Source: an uncultured Methanomicrobiaceae archaeon
GTDB taxonomy: Archaea > Halobacteriota > Methanomicrobia > Methanomicrobiales > Methanoculleaceae
DNA length: 64,000 nucleotides
Reading direction: 5' to 3'
Assembly: GCA_963826525.1 (NCBI GenBank)
Contig: CAWGXH010000004.1
Location: 768,001-832,000 of the forward strand
Made by a program: the position numbers and the translations under genes. Each line of letters starts with the position of its first letter. Within the stretch, counting starts at the first letter, position 1. The notes under the pieces are model-generated. The model did no database searches, was not told where the DNA came from, and saw nothing but the letters and a program-made list of their open reading frames with translations. Positions 33,447-45,425 of this stretch are shown here, piece by piece.

Positions 33447-34805
33447 ATGCAGACGAAGTTCCTCCTTGACGAAGGGGAGATGCCGAAGCGATGGTATAAC
33501 ATCCAGGCAGACCTGCCGACGCCGATGGATCAGGTCCTCCACCCGGCCACCGGCAAGCCGGTCACCCCCGACGACCTCCACGCCATCTTCCCGATGGAAC
33601 TGATCCGGCAGGAGGTCAGTACGGAGCGCTATATCGATATCCCCGAGGAGGTACGCGATATCCTCACTCTCTGGAGACCGAGTCCCCTCTACCGGGCGCA
33701 CCGGCTCGAGCAGCACCTCAAGACGCCGGCGAAGATCTACTACAAGTGGGAAGGCGTCAGCCCGGCCGGCTCCCACAAGCCGAACACCGCCATCCCGCAG
33801 GCGTACTACAACCGGCAGGAGGGGATAGAGCGGCTCGCCACCGAGACCGGTGCGGGACAGTGGGGTTCGTCGCTCGCATTCGCCACGAGTCTCTTCGATA
33901 TGGCGTGCACCGTCTACATGGTCAGGGCGAGCTACGAGCAGAAGCCCTACCGCAAGATCATGATGCAGACCTACGGTGCCGAGTGCCTGCCGAGCCCGAC
34001 GATGCAGACGAAGTCGGGGCGTGCGGTGCTCGAGCGCGACCCCGAAACATCGGGATCCCTCGGCATCGCTATCTCCGAGGCGGTCGAGGATGCGGCGACC
34101 CACGAGAACACCAACTACGCGCTCGGCTCGGTGCTCAACCACGTCTGTCTCCACCAGACGATCATCGGGCAGGAGGCACAGGCGCAGCTTGCCATGGCGG
34201 ATGTATACCCGGACGTCGTGATCGGAAGCGTTGGCGGCGGGTCGAACTTCGCGGGCCTGAGTTTCCCGTTCGCCGGAGAGAAGATGACCGGGAAGCACCC
34301 GGAGATCGATCTCATCGCCGTCGAACCCTCTGCATGCCCGACCCTGACGAAAGGTCTGTACGCCTACGACTTCGGCGATGTGGCAGGGTTGACGCCGATC
34401 ATGAGGATGTTCACGCTCGGGCATGACTTCGTCCCGCCGGCCATTCACGCAGGCGGCCTGCGCTACCATGGGGCGTCGCCGCTGGTCTCACGGCTTGTGC
34501 AGGACGGCGTCGTCCGGGCGACTTCCTGCCACCAGAACGAGGTCTTCGCCGCAGCCGTGCTGTTTGCGAGGACGGAAGGGATCATCGTCGCCCCCGAGGC
34601 CGCACATGCGGTGAAGGTAACCGTCGACGAGGCGCTCCGCTGCCGGGAGACGGGTGAGGAGAAGGTCATTCTCTTCAACAACTCGGGCCACGGGAACTTC
34701 GACCTCTCGTCCTACGACGCTTACTTCGCGGGAAAGCTGGTCGACTACGAGTATCCGGCCGACCTGATCAAGGAAGCGCTCGGACGACTGCCGGTGGTGG
34801 GGTGA
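33447..34805 (+). CDS. trpB2: Tryptophan synthase beta chain type 2 (TrpB2)
   Basis: [49 protein letters not shown]. Confidence 0.95.
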   Translation: MQTKFLLDEGEMPKRWYNIQADLPTPMDQVLHPATGKPVTPDDLHAIFPMELIRQEVSTERYIDIPEEVRDILTLWRPSPLYRAHRLEQHLKTPAKIYYKWEGVSPAGSHKPNTAIPQAYYNRQEGIERLATETGAGQWGSSLAFATSLFDMACTVYMVRASYEQKPYRKIMMQTYGAECLPSPTMQTKSGRAVLERDPETSGSLGIAISEAVEDAATHENTNYALGSVLNHVCLHQTIIGQEAQAQLAMADVYPDVVIGSVGGGSNFAGLSFPFAGEKMTGKHPEIDLIAVEPSACPTLTKGLYAYDFGDVAGLTPIMRMFTLGHDFVPPAIHAGGLRYHGASPLVSRLVQDGVVRATSCHQNEVFAAAVLFARTEGIIVAPEAAHAVKVTVDEALRCRETGEEKVILFNNSGHGNFDLSSYDAYFAGKLVDYEYPADLIKEALGRLPVVG

Positions 34806-34878
34806 TGCCGGTGGACTGGACGGCGCTCGAAGAGAGCCATTTATAGAACTGAACCTGACCCCTGCGGAGTTTTGTGCT

Positions 34879-36351
34879 GTGGCAGAGCGGCGGGACGGAG
34901 CCCTGCTCATCCCCCTCTTCTGCAGGGTCCCGCTTCCGAACTGCTCCCCCTCGACGATCTACCGGCACCTGCGCCAGGCTCGCGGCTGTCTGCTCGAATC
35001 GCTCGAAGGAAGCGAGAAGGTCGCCCGCTACTCCTTCATCTGCACTGATCCCGGTCTCTTCGTCTCCGTCGGAAACGACGGAGCCGTCAGCCTCACGGGC
35101 GATCCGCGACTGACGGCGATCGCCGCATCGCCGGGAGGGAACGATCCGGTCGATCTGATCCGGTCGATCATGGCGCGGTTCAAGGTCGCAGCGGTCGATC
35201 TCCCCCGGTACTTCGGCGGGATGGTGGGCTACTTTGCCTACGACATCGTCTCCTCGCTCGCACCGACGGTGCGATCGTGCGCCCGCGACGATCTCCTGAT
35301 GCCGGTCGCCCGGTTCATGCTCGCAACGGACTGCCTGATCATCGATCACCGCGAGCGCGAGGCCTTCATCGTCAGGACGCCGCTGCTGACGGAGAACTCC
35401 GATCCGGCAGGGGTCTACGAGGAGAGCAGCCGCGCGATCGCCGCGACGGTGAGCCGGATCGCGTCCCTGGCAGGCGAGACCGAGACTCCGGGGGCAGCAC
35501 CCGCTTCGCAGGAACCTCCCCCCCGGACGGTATCGTCACTCTCACGGGAGGAGTACATGCAGGCGGTGCTCCGGATCAAGGAGCATATCTTCGCCGGCGA
35601 TATCTTCCAGGCCGTCATCTCCCGGCGGATCGAGGCACCGGCTCCGGCCGATCCCTTCGCCGTATACCGGGCGCTCCGGTCAGGCAACCCGAGCCCGTAC
35701 ATGTACTATCTCGACTTTGGCGATACCTCGCTTGTCGGGAGTAGTCCGGAGATGCTGGTGCGGGTTGAGGACGGCCGGGTGACGACCGTCCCGATAGCGG
35801 GGACACGCCCCCGGGGTGTCACGCTGGAGGAAGACGAATTTCTTGCCGCAGAACTCCTCGCAGACGAGAAGGAACGGGCGGAGCATATCATGCTCGTCGA
35901 CCTTGCGCGTAATGATGTCGGTGCGGTTACAGCCTACGGTTCCGTCCGGCTCGACGAGTTCATGGGTATTGAACGGTTCTCGCACGTCCAGCATATCGTC
36001 TCGACGGTCAGCGGAGCCCTCCGGCCGGAGTGCGACTGCTTCGACGTCCTGAAAACCTGCTTCCCGGCAGGCACCGTCAGCGGCGCTCCGAAGGTTCGGG
36101 CGATGCAGCTCATCGACGAGGTGGAGGGGACACGGCGCGGCCCTTATGCCGGCGCCGTCGGGCACATCGGATTTTCGGGTGCAATGGACATGGCCATCAC
36201 CATCCGGACCGTCGTCGTCCGGGGGAATACGGCATACACCCAGGTCGGAGCGGGGATCGTCGCCGACTCCGATCCCGAGAGCGAATGGTACGAGACGGAG
36301 CGAAAGGCAGCGGCTATGCTCCGTGCGCTCGGTCCGGGAGGCGGCATATGA
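34879..36351 (+). CDS. trpE: Anthranilate synthase component I
   Basis: LLES, GDIFQAV.S, NPSPYMY, SSPEML, PIAGTRPRG, EHIMLVDLARND, PAGTVSGAPK. Confidence 0.95.
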   Translation: MAERRDGALLIPLFCRVPLPNCSPSTIYRHLRQARGCLLESLEGSEKVARYSFICTDPGLFVSVGNDGAVSLTGDPRLTAIAASPGGNDPVDLIRSIMARFKVAAVDLPRYFGGMVGYFAYDIVSSLAPTVRSCARDDLLMPVARFMLATDCLIIDHREREAFIVRTPLLTENSDPAGVYEESSRAIAATVSRIASLAGETETPGAAPASQEPPPRTVSSLSREEYMQAVLRIKEHIFAGDIFQAVISRRIEAPAPADPFAVYRALRSGNPSPYMYYLDFGDTSLVGSSPEMLVRVEDGRVTTVPIAGTRPRGVTLEEDEFLAAELLADEKERAEHIMLVDLARNDVGAVTAYGSVRLDEFMGIERFSHVQHIVSTVSGALRPECDCFDVLKTCFPAGTVSGAPKVRAMQLIDEVEGTRRGPYAGAVGHIGFSGAMDMAITIRTVVVRGNTAYTQVGAGIVADSDPESEWYETERKAAAMLRALGPGGGI

Positions 36352-36929
36352 AGGTTCTTGTCATCGATACCTACGATAGTTTCACGTTCAACCTCTGCCA
36401 GCAGATCGGTGCGCTCGGCGCCGATCCGATAGTGGTGAAGAGCGATGCGCCCTTCGAGCACGTCTGCGCCATCCCCTGCGATCGCATCGTGCTCTCGCCG
36501 GGGCACGGCCACCCGCGTGATTCCTCCCTCTACCGTCGGGTTCTCGCCACCATGAGCCGGACGATCCCGACGCTCGGGGTCTGCCTCGGTCACCAGGCGA
36601 TCGGGCTTGCTTTCGGCGCGGACGTCGTACGGGCGAACCGCGTGATGCACGGCAGGACGTCTCTGATCCGGCATGACGGAAAGACCATCTTTGCGGGTCT
36701 CGCCGACCCGCTCACTGCCACCCGCTACCACTCGCTCATCCTCGATGCCGGAACCATACCGCCGGATCTCGTGGTCACTGCACAGAGCGCGGACGACGGC
36801 GTGGTCATGGGCGTCCGGCATACCATCTACCCGATCGAAGGGGTGCAGTTCCACCCGGAGAGCATCCTCACCCCCGAAGGGTCTCGGCTGATGGAGAACT
36901 TCCTCGACTATCCGGAGGGAGTGGCATGA
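36348..36929 (+). CDS. trpG: Anthranilate synthase component II (glutamine amidotransferase)
   Basis: [33 protein letters not shown]. Confidence 0.95.
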   Translation: MKVLVIDTYDSFTFNLCQQIGALGADPIVVKSDAPFEHVCAIPCDRIVLSPGHGHPRDSSLYRRVLATMSRTIPTLGVCLGHQAIGLAFGADVVRANRVMHGRTSLIRHDGKTIFAGLADPLTATRYHSLILDAGTIPPDLVVTAQSADDGVVMGVRHTIYPIEGVQFHPESILTPEGSRLMENFLDYPEGVA

Positions 36930-37942
36930 TCCGCGAGGCGATTGCACAGGTCGCGGGCGGTGGTGATCTCTCGCCCGACGATGCCGCGACGGTGATGTGC
37001 GAGATCGTGGAAGGAAAGGCTACTGCGGCACAGATCGGGAGTTTCCTCACGGCCATGCGGATGAAGGGAGAGACGGCCGCCGAGATCGCGGCCTTCGCCC
37101 GCGTGATGCGGAGCGCTGCGGTCACGGCCCCGGTTCCCGGGCCAGGCAGGCTCGTCGATACCTGCGGCACGGGCGGCGACGGGCTCGGCACCTTCAATAT
37201 CAGCACGGCTGCGGCGTTCGTCGCTGCGGGTGCCGGGGTGCCGGTGGTGAAGCACGGCAACCGGAGCGTCTCAAGCCGGTGCGGTTCTGCAGACGTGCTC
37301 GAAGCGCTCGGCGTCCGTATCGGGACGCCCCCCGAAGAGATCGGTGAGGTGCTTCGGGCGGCGGGGATCGCCTTCCTCTTCGCGCCGGTGTACCACCCGG
37401 CGCTGCTCCACGCCCGCGACGTCCGGCAGGAGATTGGCATCCGGACGCTCTTCAACCTCCTTGGGCCGCTCGCAAACCCGGCCGGGGCGCAGGCACAGCT
37501 CATGGGCGTCTACGCTCCAGGGCTCGTCGGCACGCTGGCGGAGGTGCTCGCTCTGCTTGGTCTCGAGCGGGCGATGGTGGTGCACGGATCGGGGATCGAC
37601 GAGTTCACGACGACCGGGACAACGCTCGTCGCGGAGCTCGAGGGCGGCCGGATCCGGACGAGCCTGATCGACTGCGAGGAGTTCGGGATCCCACGGGCGA
37701 ATGCTGCGGCGCTCCGCGGGGGAGACGTCCGGGAGAACGCCCGGATCCTCCGCGGGGTGCTGGCCGGCGTTCAGAGCCCCGCCCGCGATATCGTCCTCCT
37801 CAACGCGGGTGCGGCCGTGTACCTCGGTGGCAGGGCGTCCGACCTCATGGACGGGATCGCCCGGGCTGCAGATGCGATCGACTCCGGCAGGGCTGTGGAA
37901 AGGCTCTATCGCTTGATAGAGGCTACCGGAGGTGCCGTGTGA
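36926..37942 (+). CDS. trpD: Anthranilate phosphoribosyltransferase
   Basis: [39 protein letters not shown]. Confidence 0.96.
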   Translation: MIREAIAQVAGGGDLSPDDAATVMCEIVEGKATAAQIGSFLTAMRMKGETAAEIAAFARVMRSAAVTAPVPGPGRLVDTCGTGGDGLGTFNISTAAAFVAAGAGVPVVKHGNRSVSSRCGSADVLEALGVRIGTPPEEIGEVLRAAGIAFLFAPVYHPALLHARDVRQEIGIRTLFNLLGPLANPAGAQAQLMGVYAPGLVGTLAEVLALLGLERAMVVHGSGIDEFTTTGTTLVAELEGGRIRTSLIDCEEFGIPRANAAALRGGDVRENARILRGVLAGVQSPARDIVLLNAGAAVYLGGRASDLMDGIARAADAIDSGRAVERLYRLIEATGGAV

Positions 37943-38697
37943 TACTCGACGAGATCATCAGGTCCACCGGCAAGCGCATCGGCAACCTTGGTTCTTTTCC
38001 GGCTGTCGATCCTGCGGGTATGCCTCACCGGAGCCTTGATGCGGCGATACGGGCGTGCCGGGAGAAGAATGCGATCATCGCCGAGGTGAAGTACGCCTCC
38101 CCCTCACGCGGCAGGATTCACGACGGCTGCACCCCCGAAGAAATCGCCCGGGAGTTCGCCGCTGCCGGAGCTGCCGGCCTCTCGGTGCTCACCGAACCCA
38201 CCTTCTTCGGGGGGAGTGTCGAGAACCTCATCCGGGCACGGCATGCGGTATCGGTGCCGATCCTCCGGAAGGACTTCATCATCGACGAACGCCAGCTCGC
38301 GGAGACCAGGCTGCTCGGCGCCGACGCAGTCCTCCTTATCACCCGGGTGCTCGGCGATCGGCTCGCCGCATTCGTCGACGAGGCACGGCTGCTCGGCCTC
38401 GAGCCGCTCGTCGAGGTCCATGACCAGAGCGAGATGGAGTCAGCCCTCGCCACCGAGGCGGGCCTCATCGGGGTCAACAACCGCGATCTCCGAACGCTGA
38501 CGATCGATCTCTCCACCACGATCCGCCTTGCGGAGGCGGCACGCGACGACGGGAGGCTGGTGGTCTCCGAGAGCGGCATCATCTGGCCATACGACGTTCG
38601 GAGCCTGCGGAAGCACTGCGACGCGTTCCTGATCGGTTCGGCCCTCATGTCGGCCCGGGACCGCCGGCGAAAGCTGGAGGGATTCGTATTCGCGTGA
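37939..38697 (+). CDS. trpC: Indole-3-glycerol phosphate synthase
   Basis: [36 protein letters not shown]. Confidence 0.96.
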   Translation: MILDEIIRSTGKRIGNLGSFPAVDPAGMPHRSLDAAIRACREKNAIIAEVKYASPSRGRIHDGCTPEEIAREFAAAGAAGLSVLTEPTFFGGSVENLIRARHAVSVPILRKDFIIDERQLAETRLLGADAVLLITRVLGDRLAAFVDEARLLGLEPLVEVHDQSEMESALATEAGLIGVNNRDLRTLTIDLSTTIRLAEAARDDGRLVVSESGIIWPYDVRSLRKHCDAFLIGSALMSARDRRRKLEGFVFA

Positions 38698-39266
38698 AGA
38701 TCTGTGGGATCACCACCGTCGATGACGCCCGCGCCGCCGCAGCGGCGGGAGCCGACGCCATAGGGGTGGTGATGAGAAGCCCGTCGCCGCGATCCGTGAT
38801 GCCCGACCTGGCACGGGCGATATTTGCGGCGGTTTCGCCGTTTGTGACCACGGTCGCCGTCACGTCGACCGACCGGGAGGAAGACCTTGCGGCGATCCTC
38901 GACTGCCGGCCGGATGCGGTGCAGGTAGGGGGCGACCTCGACCTACCCCGGGGTGCGGCGGTGCGTCTCCTCCGGGTGCTCAGGCCCGGCGACGCCCTCC
39001 GGGACGACTGCGATGCGGTGGTCGTCGATGGCAGTCATGGCACCGGACAGGCATTCGACCGTGCGTATGCCGAAAAGTGCGTGGCCTCCTCGCCGGTGCC
39101 GGTCATCCTCGCGGGCGGACTGACCTGTGGGAATGTGGGGGAGGCGATACGGGCGGTGCGGCCGTATGCCGTCGACGTCTCTTCGGGCGTCGAGACGGCG
39201 CCGGGGCGAAAGGACGATCGGCTCATGAGAGCGTTTGTGAAGATATGCAGGACGACATACCTATGA
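38694..39266 (+). CDS. trpF: Phosphoribosylanthranilate isomerase
   Basis: KICGIT, SPR.V, LAGGL...[14 protein letters not shown]. Confidence 0.94.
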   Translation: MKICGITTVDDARAAAAAGADAIGVVMRSPSPRSVMPDLARAIFAAVSPFVTTVAVTSTDREEDLAAILDCRPDAVQVGGDLDLPRGAAVRLLRVLRPGDALRDDCDAVVVDGSHGTGQAFDRAYAEKCVASSPVPVILAGGLTCGNVGEAIRAVRPYAVDVSSGVETAPGRKDDRLMRAFVKICRTTYL

Positions 39267-40434
39267 AAGCAGGACGATACGGAGTATATGGCGGGCAGTA
39301 CGTGCCCGAGACGCTGATGAGTGCACTGGTTGAACTTGAGGAGACCTATGGGCGGGTCCGTGCCGACCCGGAGTTCTCGCGACGGCTCGGCTGGTACCTG
39401 CGTGAGTATGCCGGCAGGGAGACGCCGCTTTCCTACTGCACCAACCTCTCCCGCGAACTCGGCTGCCGTGTCTACTTAAAACGCGAGGACCTCCTCCACG
39501 GCGGTGCGCACAAACTGAACAACACCCTCGGCCAGGCGCTCATGGCGAAGTTCATGGGCAAGCGCCGGCTGATCGCCGAGACCGGCGCCGGACAGCACGG
39601 CGTGGCGACGGCTATCGCGGGTGCGGCTCTCGGCCTTCCCGTCGATGTCTACATGGGCGAGGTGGATACACGGCGGCAGGCGCTGAACGTCTTCCGGATG
39701 GAGCTCCTCGGAGCTCGGGTCATTCCGGTTGCCTCTGGAACGCGGACCCTTAAAGACGCCATCAACGCAGCGATGCGCGACTGGGTGGCAAATCTCCGGG
39801 AGACCCACTACCTGCTTGGCTCCTGCGTCGGCCCGCACCCCTTCCCCCGGATCGTCCGGGATTTCCAGTCGGTCATCGGCGAGGAGGCGAGACGGCAGAT
39901 ACTCGAACGGGAAGGACGGCTCCCCGATACCGTCGTCGCCTGCGTCGGCGGGGGTTCGAACGCGATCGGCATCTTCTACCCGTTCGTGAACGACGACGTG
40001 ACGCTTGTGGGTGTAGAGGCGGGCGGCGAGGGGCTCGATACGCCTCGTCACGGGGCGTCGCTCTCTGCCGGTTCGGTCGGGGTCTTCCAGGGGGCGCTCT
40101 CCTACCTCCTCCAGGACGACGACGGTCAGGCGCTCGAGACACACTCCATCGCCGCAGGTCTCGACCACCCCTCCGTCGGTCCCGAGCACGCTATGCTGAA
40201 AGATCCGGGCGGGTCCGCTACGAGGCGGTCACCGACCGGGAGGCACTCGAGGCCTTCCGCTACCTCTCCCGCACCGAGGGGATCATCCCGGCACTCGAAT
40301 CCGCCCATGCGGTTGCCTACGCTCTCCGGGCTGCAGGCGACCTCGACCGGGACGGCATCCTCGTCGTCAACCTCTCGGGACGGGGCGACAAAGACGTCGC
40401 CGACGTCGCGAAGATCCCCGGAGGAGCGGCATGA
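39263..40434 (+). CDS. trpB: Tryptophan synthase beta chain TrpB1 (indel ~40205)
   Basis: [40 protein letters not shown]; after the frameshift [21 protein letters not shown]. Confidence 0.95.
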
Positions 40435-41267
40435 GCCGAATCGCCGAGCTTTTTGCCCGGAAGAATCCGGTCTTCATCGGCTTTACCGTCGCCGGAGACC
40501 CGGATATCAAAACGTCACTCCGGATTGCGGAAACGATGATCGATGCGGGTGTCGATCTCCTCGAGATTGCCGTTCCCTACTCCGACCCCGTGGCGGACGG
40601 CCCCGTGATAGAGCGGGCGCATGTCCGCGCTCTCCACGCCGGTACCACGCCGGATGATGTCTTCGCCCTTGTCCGGCAGGTCAGGGAGTACGCACCGGCA
40701 CTGCCGATCGTCCTCTTCACCTACTACAACATCATTTACCGTCGGAGCCCCGAGCGGTTCTTTGCGGAGGCTGCCGCCGCCGGTGCGGACGGCGTCCTCA
40801 TCGTCGATCTCCCCGTCGAAGAGTCGGGTGAGGTCGCGCTGCCTGCCGTGCGGCATGGCATCGACCGGATCATGCTCGTCGCCCCGACAACATCGCCGGA
40901 GCGCCGAAGGGCGATCCTCCGGGAGGCAGCAGGTTTCGTCTACCTGATCTCGCTCGAAGGGGTGACCGGCGAGCGCGACCGGCTCTCGCCCGATATCGCC
41001 GGGCTGATCGGTGCGGTGCGGGCGGATACCGATCTCCCGCTTGCGGTGGGGTTCGGGGTTTCAAGCCCCGAGCATGTCCGGACAGTTGCGGCCGCCGGTG
41101 CGGACGGCGTCATCGTGGGGAGCGCGCTCGTCCGGATCATCGAAGAGCATCTCAGTGACGAGGCAGGGATGCACGACACGCTCCGCACCACGATCGGAGC
41201 GATGCGGCGTGCGCTCCTCCCCGGCCCCGGGCCTGATATACCCGGACGAGAAAGAATAGAGGGATGA
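40431..41267 (+). CDS. trpA: Tryptophan synthase alpha chain
   Basis: [39 protein letters not shown]. Confidence 0.96.
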   Translation: MSRIAELFARKNPVFIGFTVAGDPDIKTSLRIAETMIDAGVDLLEIAVPYSDPVADGPVIERAHVRALHAGTTPDDVFALVRQVREYAPALPIVLFTYYNIIYRRSPERFFAEAAAAGADGVLIVDLPVEESGEVALPAVRHGIDRIMLVAPTTSPERRRAILREAAGFVYLISLEGVTGERDRLSPDIAGLIGAVRADTDLPLAVGFGVSSPEHVRTVAAAGADGVIVGSALVRIIEEHLSDEAGMHDTLRTTIGAMRRALLPGPGPDIPGRERIEG

Positions 41268-42367
41268 CGTGGACTATCGGATTCCTCGTTAACCCGATCG
41301 CCGGCATGGGTGGTGCCGTCGGGCTGAAGGGGACGGACGGGCAGCTCGCCGAAGCCGTCCGGCGGGGGGCGGTCCCGCATGCCTGCGACCGGGCAGTGCA
41401 GACCCTCTCTCTTCTCCGGGACGACGATATCAGTTTTGTCACCTGTGCCGGAGCGATGGGCGAGGACGTCCTCCTGCGTGCGGGCATCTCTGGGTATACT
41501 GTCCTCTACCGGCCGTGCAACTCCACCACTGCTGCCGATACGAAGGCTGCGTGCCGGGCATTCCTCGACGCCGGGGTCGACCTGATTCTCTTCTGCGGCG
41601 GGGACGGAACGGCTCGGGACGTCTACGACGCCGCCCGGCAGGAGGTGCCGATCCTGGGGATTCCTGCCGGAGTGAAGATGTACTCGGCCGTCTTCGCCGT
41701 CAATCCTGTGGCGGCAGCCGGTCTCGTCCGGCAGGCGGGTCGGGTCGGGTGTCGGGACTCCGAGGTCATGGACATAGACGAGGAGGTCTACCGTTCCGGC
41801 CGCCTCACTGCCCGGCTCTATGGGTATGCACGTGTTCCGTATATCCCGGAGCGGACGCAGGGTGGGAAACAGGTCTTCGAACAGCAGGACGAAGAGCGGG
41901 CGAAAGACGAGATCGCCGCATTCATCACCGAGATCATGATCCCCGGGACGCTTTACATCATCGGCGCCGGGAGCACGACGGCGCGGATTATGGAGCGAAT
42001 GGGGCTTTCTCCGACGCTCCTCGGTGTCGACGTCGTCCGGGACGGGAAGGTCGTCGCCCGCGATGCCGACGAACGGACGCTTCTTGCCCTCTTCGATGAA
42101 CGCCCGCGGGCGAAGATCATTATCAGCCCCATCGGTGCGCAGGGCTTCGTCCTCGGGAGGGGGAACCAGCAGATAAGCCCTGCAGTGCTCCGGAAGGCCG
42201 GATTACAGAATCTCATCGTGGTTGCCACGCCCGCCAAGCTCGCCGCCACGCCCCTCCTGTACGTCGACTCCGGGGATGCGGTGCTGGACCGGCGGATCGG
42301 CGACTCCCTGCCGGTCATCTCCGGGTACCGGATTGCGCAGCGGAAACGGGTCGTCAACACCGGGTGA
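41264..42367 (+). CDS. ATP-NAD kinase family protein (AcoX-like)
   Basis: NPIAGMGGAVGLKGTDG, GGDGTARD, GIPAGVKMYSAVF, GRGNQQIS. Confidence 0.85.
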   Translation: MTWTIGFLVNPIAGMGGAVGLKGTDGQLAEAVRRGAVPHACDRAVQTLSLLRDDDISFVTCAGAMGEDVLLRAGISGYTVLYRPCNSTTAADTKAACRAFLDAGVDLILFCGGDGTARDVYDAARQEVPILGIPAGVKMYSAVFAVNPVAAAGLVRQAGRVGCRDSEVMDIDEEVYRSGRLTARLYGYARVPYIPERTQGGKQVFEQQDEERAKDEIAAFITEIMIPGTLYIIGAGSTTARIMERMGLSPTLLGVDVVRDGKVVARDADERTLLALFDERPRAKIIISPIGAQGFVLGRGNQQISPAVLRKAGLQNLIVVATPAKLAATPLLYVDSGDAVLDRRIGDSLPVISGYRIAQRKRVVNTG

Positions 42368-43982
42368 CGGGGGCTCGCTCTTCTTCTGCACGGAATACTG
42401 CTCGGCGAGCTTGCGAAGATCCCGCACTTTCGCGTTGGCCGCCTCGATGATGGAGAGGACTTCGAGGTAGCGGCTGTCCGCAAGATCGCCTTCTCCGCGG
42501 AGACTCGTGAGCTGCTCGCGGTACTGCTCGTTGATGGCGCGCTGCAGGTCGATATCCCGGGCGCGGAGTTCCGTGACCGTTGTATCGAGGATCTCGGGGA
42601 AGAAGAGCCCGAGCCCGACAATATTTTCTTCGAGGATCCGGTAAACGCTCTCCGTCCGCGCCGCCAGGGCAGCAGGGGTAGTCTTTCCGTTCCGGGACGC
42701 TCGGTGGAAGAACTCGCCGAGCTCCACCCCGAGGTCGCCGAGCCGCTCGATCTCGTTCGACATCCGGACCAGGAAGACCACCTCCTGAGCCTCCCGGTCG
42801 GAGAGCGATCGCTTGGAGATCGTCCGGAGCGCCTGCTCGATCCGGCCATCCAGATAGTCGTTCAGGCTATCGAGTCTCTCGACCATCTGGTAGTCTGCCT
42901 CTTTTCCCGTGGCGAGGTAGGTCATCGCCGCCCGGAAGAGGTCGAGCGTGACCTCGTGGGCATGTTTGAGCTCCTTTCTTATCAGGTCGAACCCGTGGTG
43001 CGTATCGGCGGGGACGCCGCCCTCAAGGTAGCGTGTCCGCATCAGGATCTCAGGCTCGCTGCCGGGCACCGCCCATTCCACAACCCGTTTGAACTGCCCG
43101 ATGATGATGAGGAAGACCGCCGCCGCTATCAGGTTGAAGATGAGGTGGGCGTTTGCCACCATCTGCGCCTCGGTCCCGCCGATCATCTCCACAAGGCCGG
43201 TGAACGGCACGAGGAACGGCAGGATCAGGAGCACGCCCCCGAGGTTGAAGATGAAGTGGGCTGCCGCCGCCCGCCGGGAGTAGAGGTTCATCCGGGCGGA
43301 GGCGATGAGCGTCGTCGTGGTCGACCCGATGTTTGCGCCGAGCAGGATCGGGATCGCCTGCGGGAGGGTGAGCAGCCCCTGCTGGGCGAGGACGACGACG
43401 ATGCCGGTCGTGACGGAGCTCGACTGCACCAGAGTGGTGAAGAGAAACCCTATCAGGATAGCGAGCGGGAGCGCCGAGAACTCGGTGATAAGTCCGATGA
43501 TCTCGGGATCGCTCTGGAACGGCGCGAGCGCCGTCGATATGAGGTTTAAGGCTGAAGAAGACGAGGCCGAAGTAGAAGAGGGGCTTACCCAGGAACTTAT
43601 ACCGGCCGCCGAAGATCCCGATGAGAAAGCCGACCGGGATCAGCACCTGCCCGAAGGCCGTCATCTTGAAGGCGACGAGCTGGGCGGTGACGGTCGTCCC
43701 GATGTTCGAGCCGATGATGATTCCGAGGCTCTGGAGAAACGAGAGCGTCCCGGCGTTGACGAGCCCGATGGTGATGATCGTCGTCGCCGCGCTCGACTGG
43801 ACGAGGGCGGTGACGCCGGCGCCGAGGAGCGCACCGAGAACCGGCCGCTTCGTCACTCTGCCGAGGATCCTGTTGAAACTTCCCTTCGCGACTGCCAGGA
43901 TCTCACGGGAGAAGTTCTCTATCCCGTAGAAGAAGAGGATCAGGCCGGGAATGATGGCGAATACGAGCTCCCACGGAACCAT
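42203..43982 (-). CDS. Na+/Pi cotransporter family protein with PhoU-like C-terminus (indel ~43550; 3' end overlaps convergent gene)
   Basis: Two QSS repeats (VQSSAATT; QSSSVTT), GSNIGTT / GANIGST, EIERLGD. Confidence 0.88.
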
Positions 43983-44051
43983 GGCATACTCGGAAAGGTA
44001 CTAGGAGATGCAGACGGAAAAAGGGAGATGAATTGCACCGGTGCGGTATTG

Positions 44052-44540
44052 CTATTCTATCCGCTTCGCAATCGTCTCGATCGCCTCCAGTAGCGTTCGC
44101 TTCCTCGGCTTGATGAGTGCGACCGGGCAGTCGACGATCTTCTCGACGATGGGCGCGAGGATAGGAGCGCAGATGATCCCGAGCGCTCCCTCTTTGTCCG
44201 CCCGGACGGCGGCGATGATGCACTCGTCGAGCGACTCCGCCGAGTAGCCGCGGATCCGGTAGGTCGCATTGCCGACCGGGATCTCCCGGTTGTCGAGTTC
44301 ATCGAGGAGGAACCGGGCGGCGATCACCGCGATGAAACTCTGCTCGCGGGGTTCGAGGACACCGACGATCTTCTTCACGGTGGAGAGCCGGGGGTCGGCT
44401 TTGCCGCTCGTCAGCTTGTAGAGGGTCGCCACCGGGATCTCTGCGAGATCCGCAAGCTCCCTGATGCTCATATCCCGGCGCCGGAGTTCCTCCTCGAGAG
44501 CCGTCGAAAAGTCGGCCTCGAAGATCCTTCTCGAGAACAT
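44052..44540 (-). CDS. XRE-family HTH transcriptional regulator with C-terminal sensor-like domain
   Basis: MSIRELADLAEIPVATLYKLTSGKADPRLSTVKKI; divergent from the CoM operon. Confidence 0.85.
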   Translation of the reverse strand: MFSRRIFEADFSTALEEELRRRDMSIRELADLAEIPVATLYKLTSGKADPRLSTVKKIVGVLEPREQSFIAVIAARFLLDELDNREIPVGNATYRIRGYSAESLDECIIAAVRADKEGALGIICAPILAPIVEKIVDCPVALIKPRKRTLLEAIETIAKRIE

Positions 44541-44543
44541 TAC

Positions 44544-44557
44544 TCTACTTTAGTAGA
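44544..44557. promoter_or_regulatory. Palindromic operator candidate TCTACT-N2-AGTAGA
   Basis: Lies 3 bp upstream of the regulator ATG in the divergent promoter region; TATA-like TTAATATA at ~44587-44594. Confidence 0.6.
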
Positions 44558-44645
44558 ATTATTGTGGATAAACATTTCCTTGGTGGTTAATATATGGCGA
44601 CAACAAAGCGAATCATTATGCCTGATCTGCGATCATTGAACAGCT

Positions 44646-45425
44646 ATGAGGACCGGGACGATCCGGGAGATCACCATCCTGCCGGGAAGGAACCGGGCGG
44701 GAGATCCCGAAAACTTCGGATCACTTGTGATCCGGCCGGGCGAGACCATCTCCATCGTCGGCCCGACCGGCTCGGGGAAGAGCGCATTCATAAGCGACAT
44801 CGAGATATTCGCGAGGAACGACACCGTCACCGGGAGGACGGTGCTGGTGAACGGCGAGCTCCCGCCGGAGGAGTTTGTCCGCGACCCGGCAAAGAAACCC
44901 GTCGCCCTGATAACCCAGAACACCAAGTGCCTCGCCGACCTGACGGTTGCCGCATTCCTCGAGATGCACGTCCGTTCCCGGAAGATCGAGGACGAAACGC
45001 TCGTTCGAAAGACGATCGATCTCGCCAACGAGTTTACGGGCGAAAAGATCCATGGTGAGACACGGATGACATCGCTCTCGGGTGGGCAGACCCGTTCGCT
45101 GCTGGTGGCGGATGCCATCACCGTCAGCAACGCTCCTATACTCCTCCTCGACGAGGTGGAGAACGCCGGGATCTTCAAAGACCGGGTGATCGAGATCCTG
45201 CGGGAGTACGGGAAGGCAGTGATCTTCGTCACCCACGACCCCCTCGTCTCGCTCCTCTCCACCCGCCGGATCGTGATGAAGAACGGCGCGGTCGAGAGCG
45301 TGCTCGAACCCGGCGACCGTGAAGCGGAGGCGCTCGCGGCAGCGCTGCGGCTTGACGGGATCCTGGCCCGGATGCGGGAGCGGATCCGGGCAGGCGAGTT
45401 GATCACCGATCCGGCATTTGCATGA
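44646..45425 (+). CDS. ABC-type ATPase without cognate permease
   Basis: GPTGSGKS, LSGGQ, ILLLDE, VTHD. Confidence 0.85.
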   Translation: MRTGTIREITILPGRNRAGDPENFGSLVIRPGETISIVGPTGSGKSAFISDIEIFARNDTVTGRTVLVNGELPPEEFVRDPAKKPVALITQNTKCLADLTVAAFLEMHVRSRKIEDETLVRKTIDLANEFTGEKIHGETRMTSLSGGQTRSLLVADAITVSNAPILLLDEVENAGIFKDRVIEILREYGKAVIFVTHDPLVSLLSTRRIVMKNGAVESVLEPGDREAEALAAALRLDGILARMRERIRAGELITDPAFA

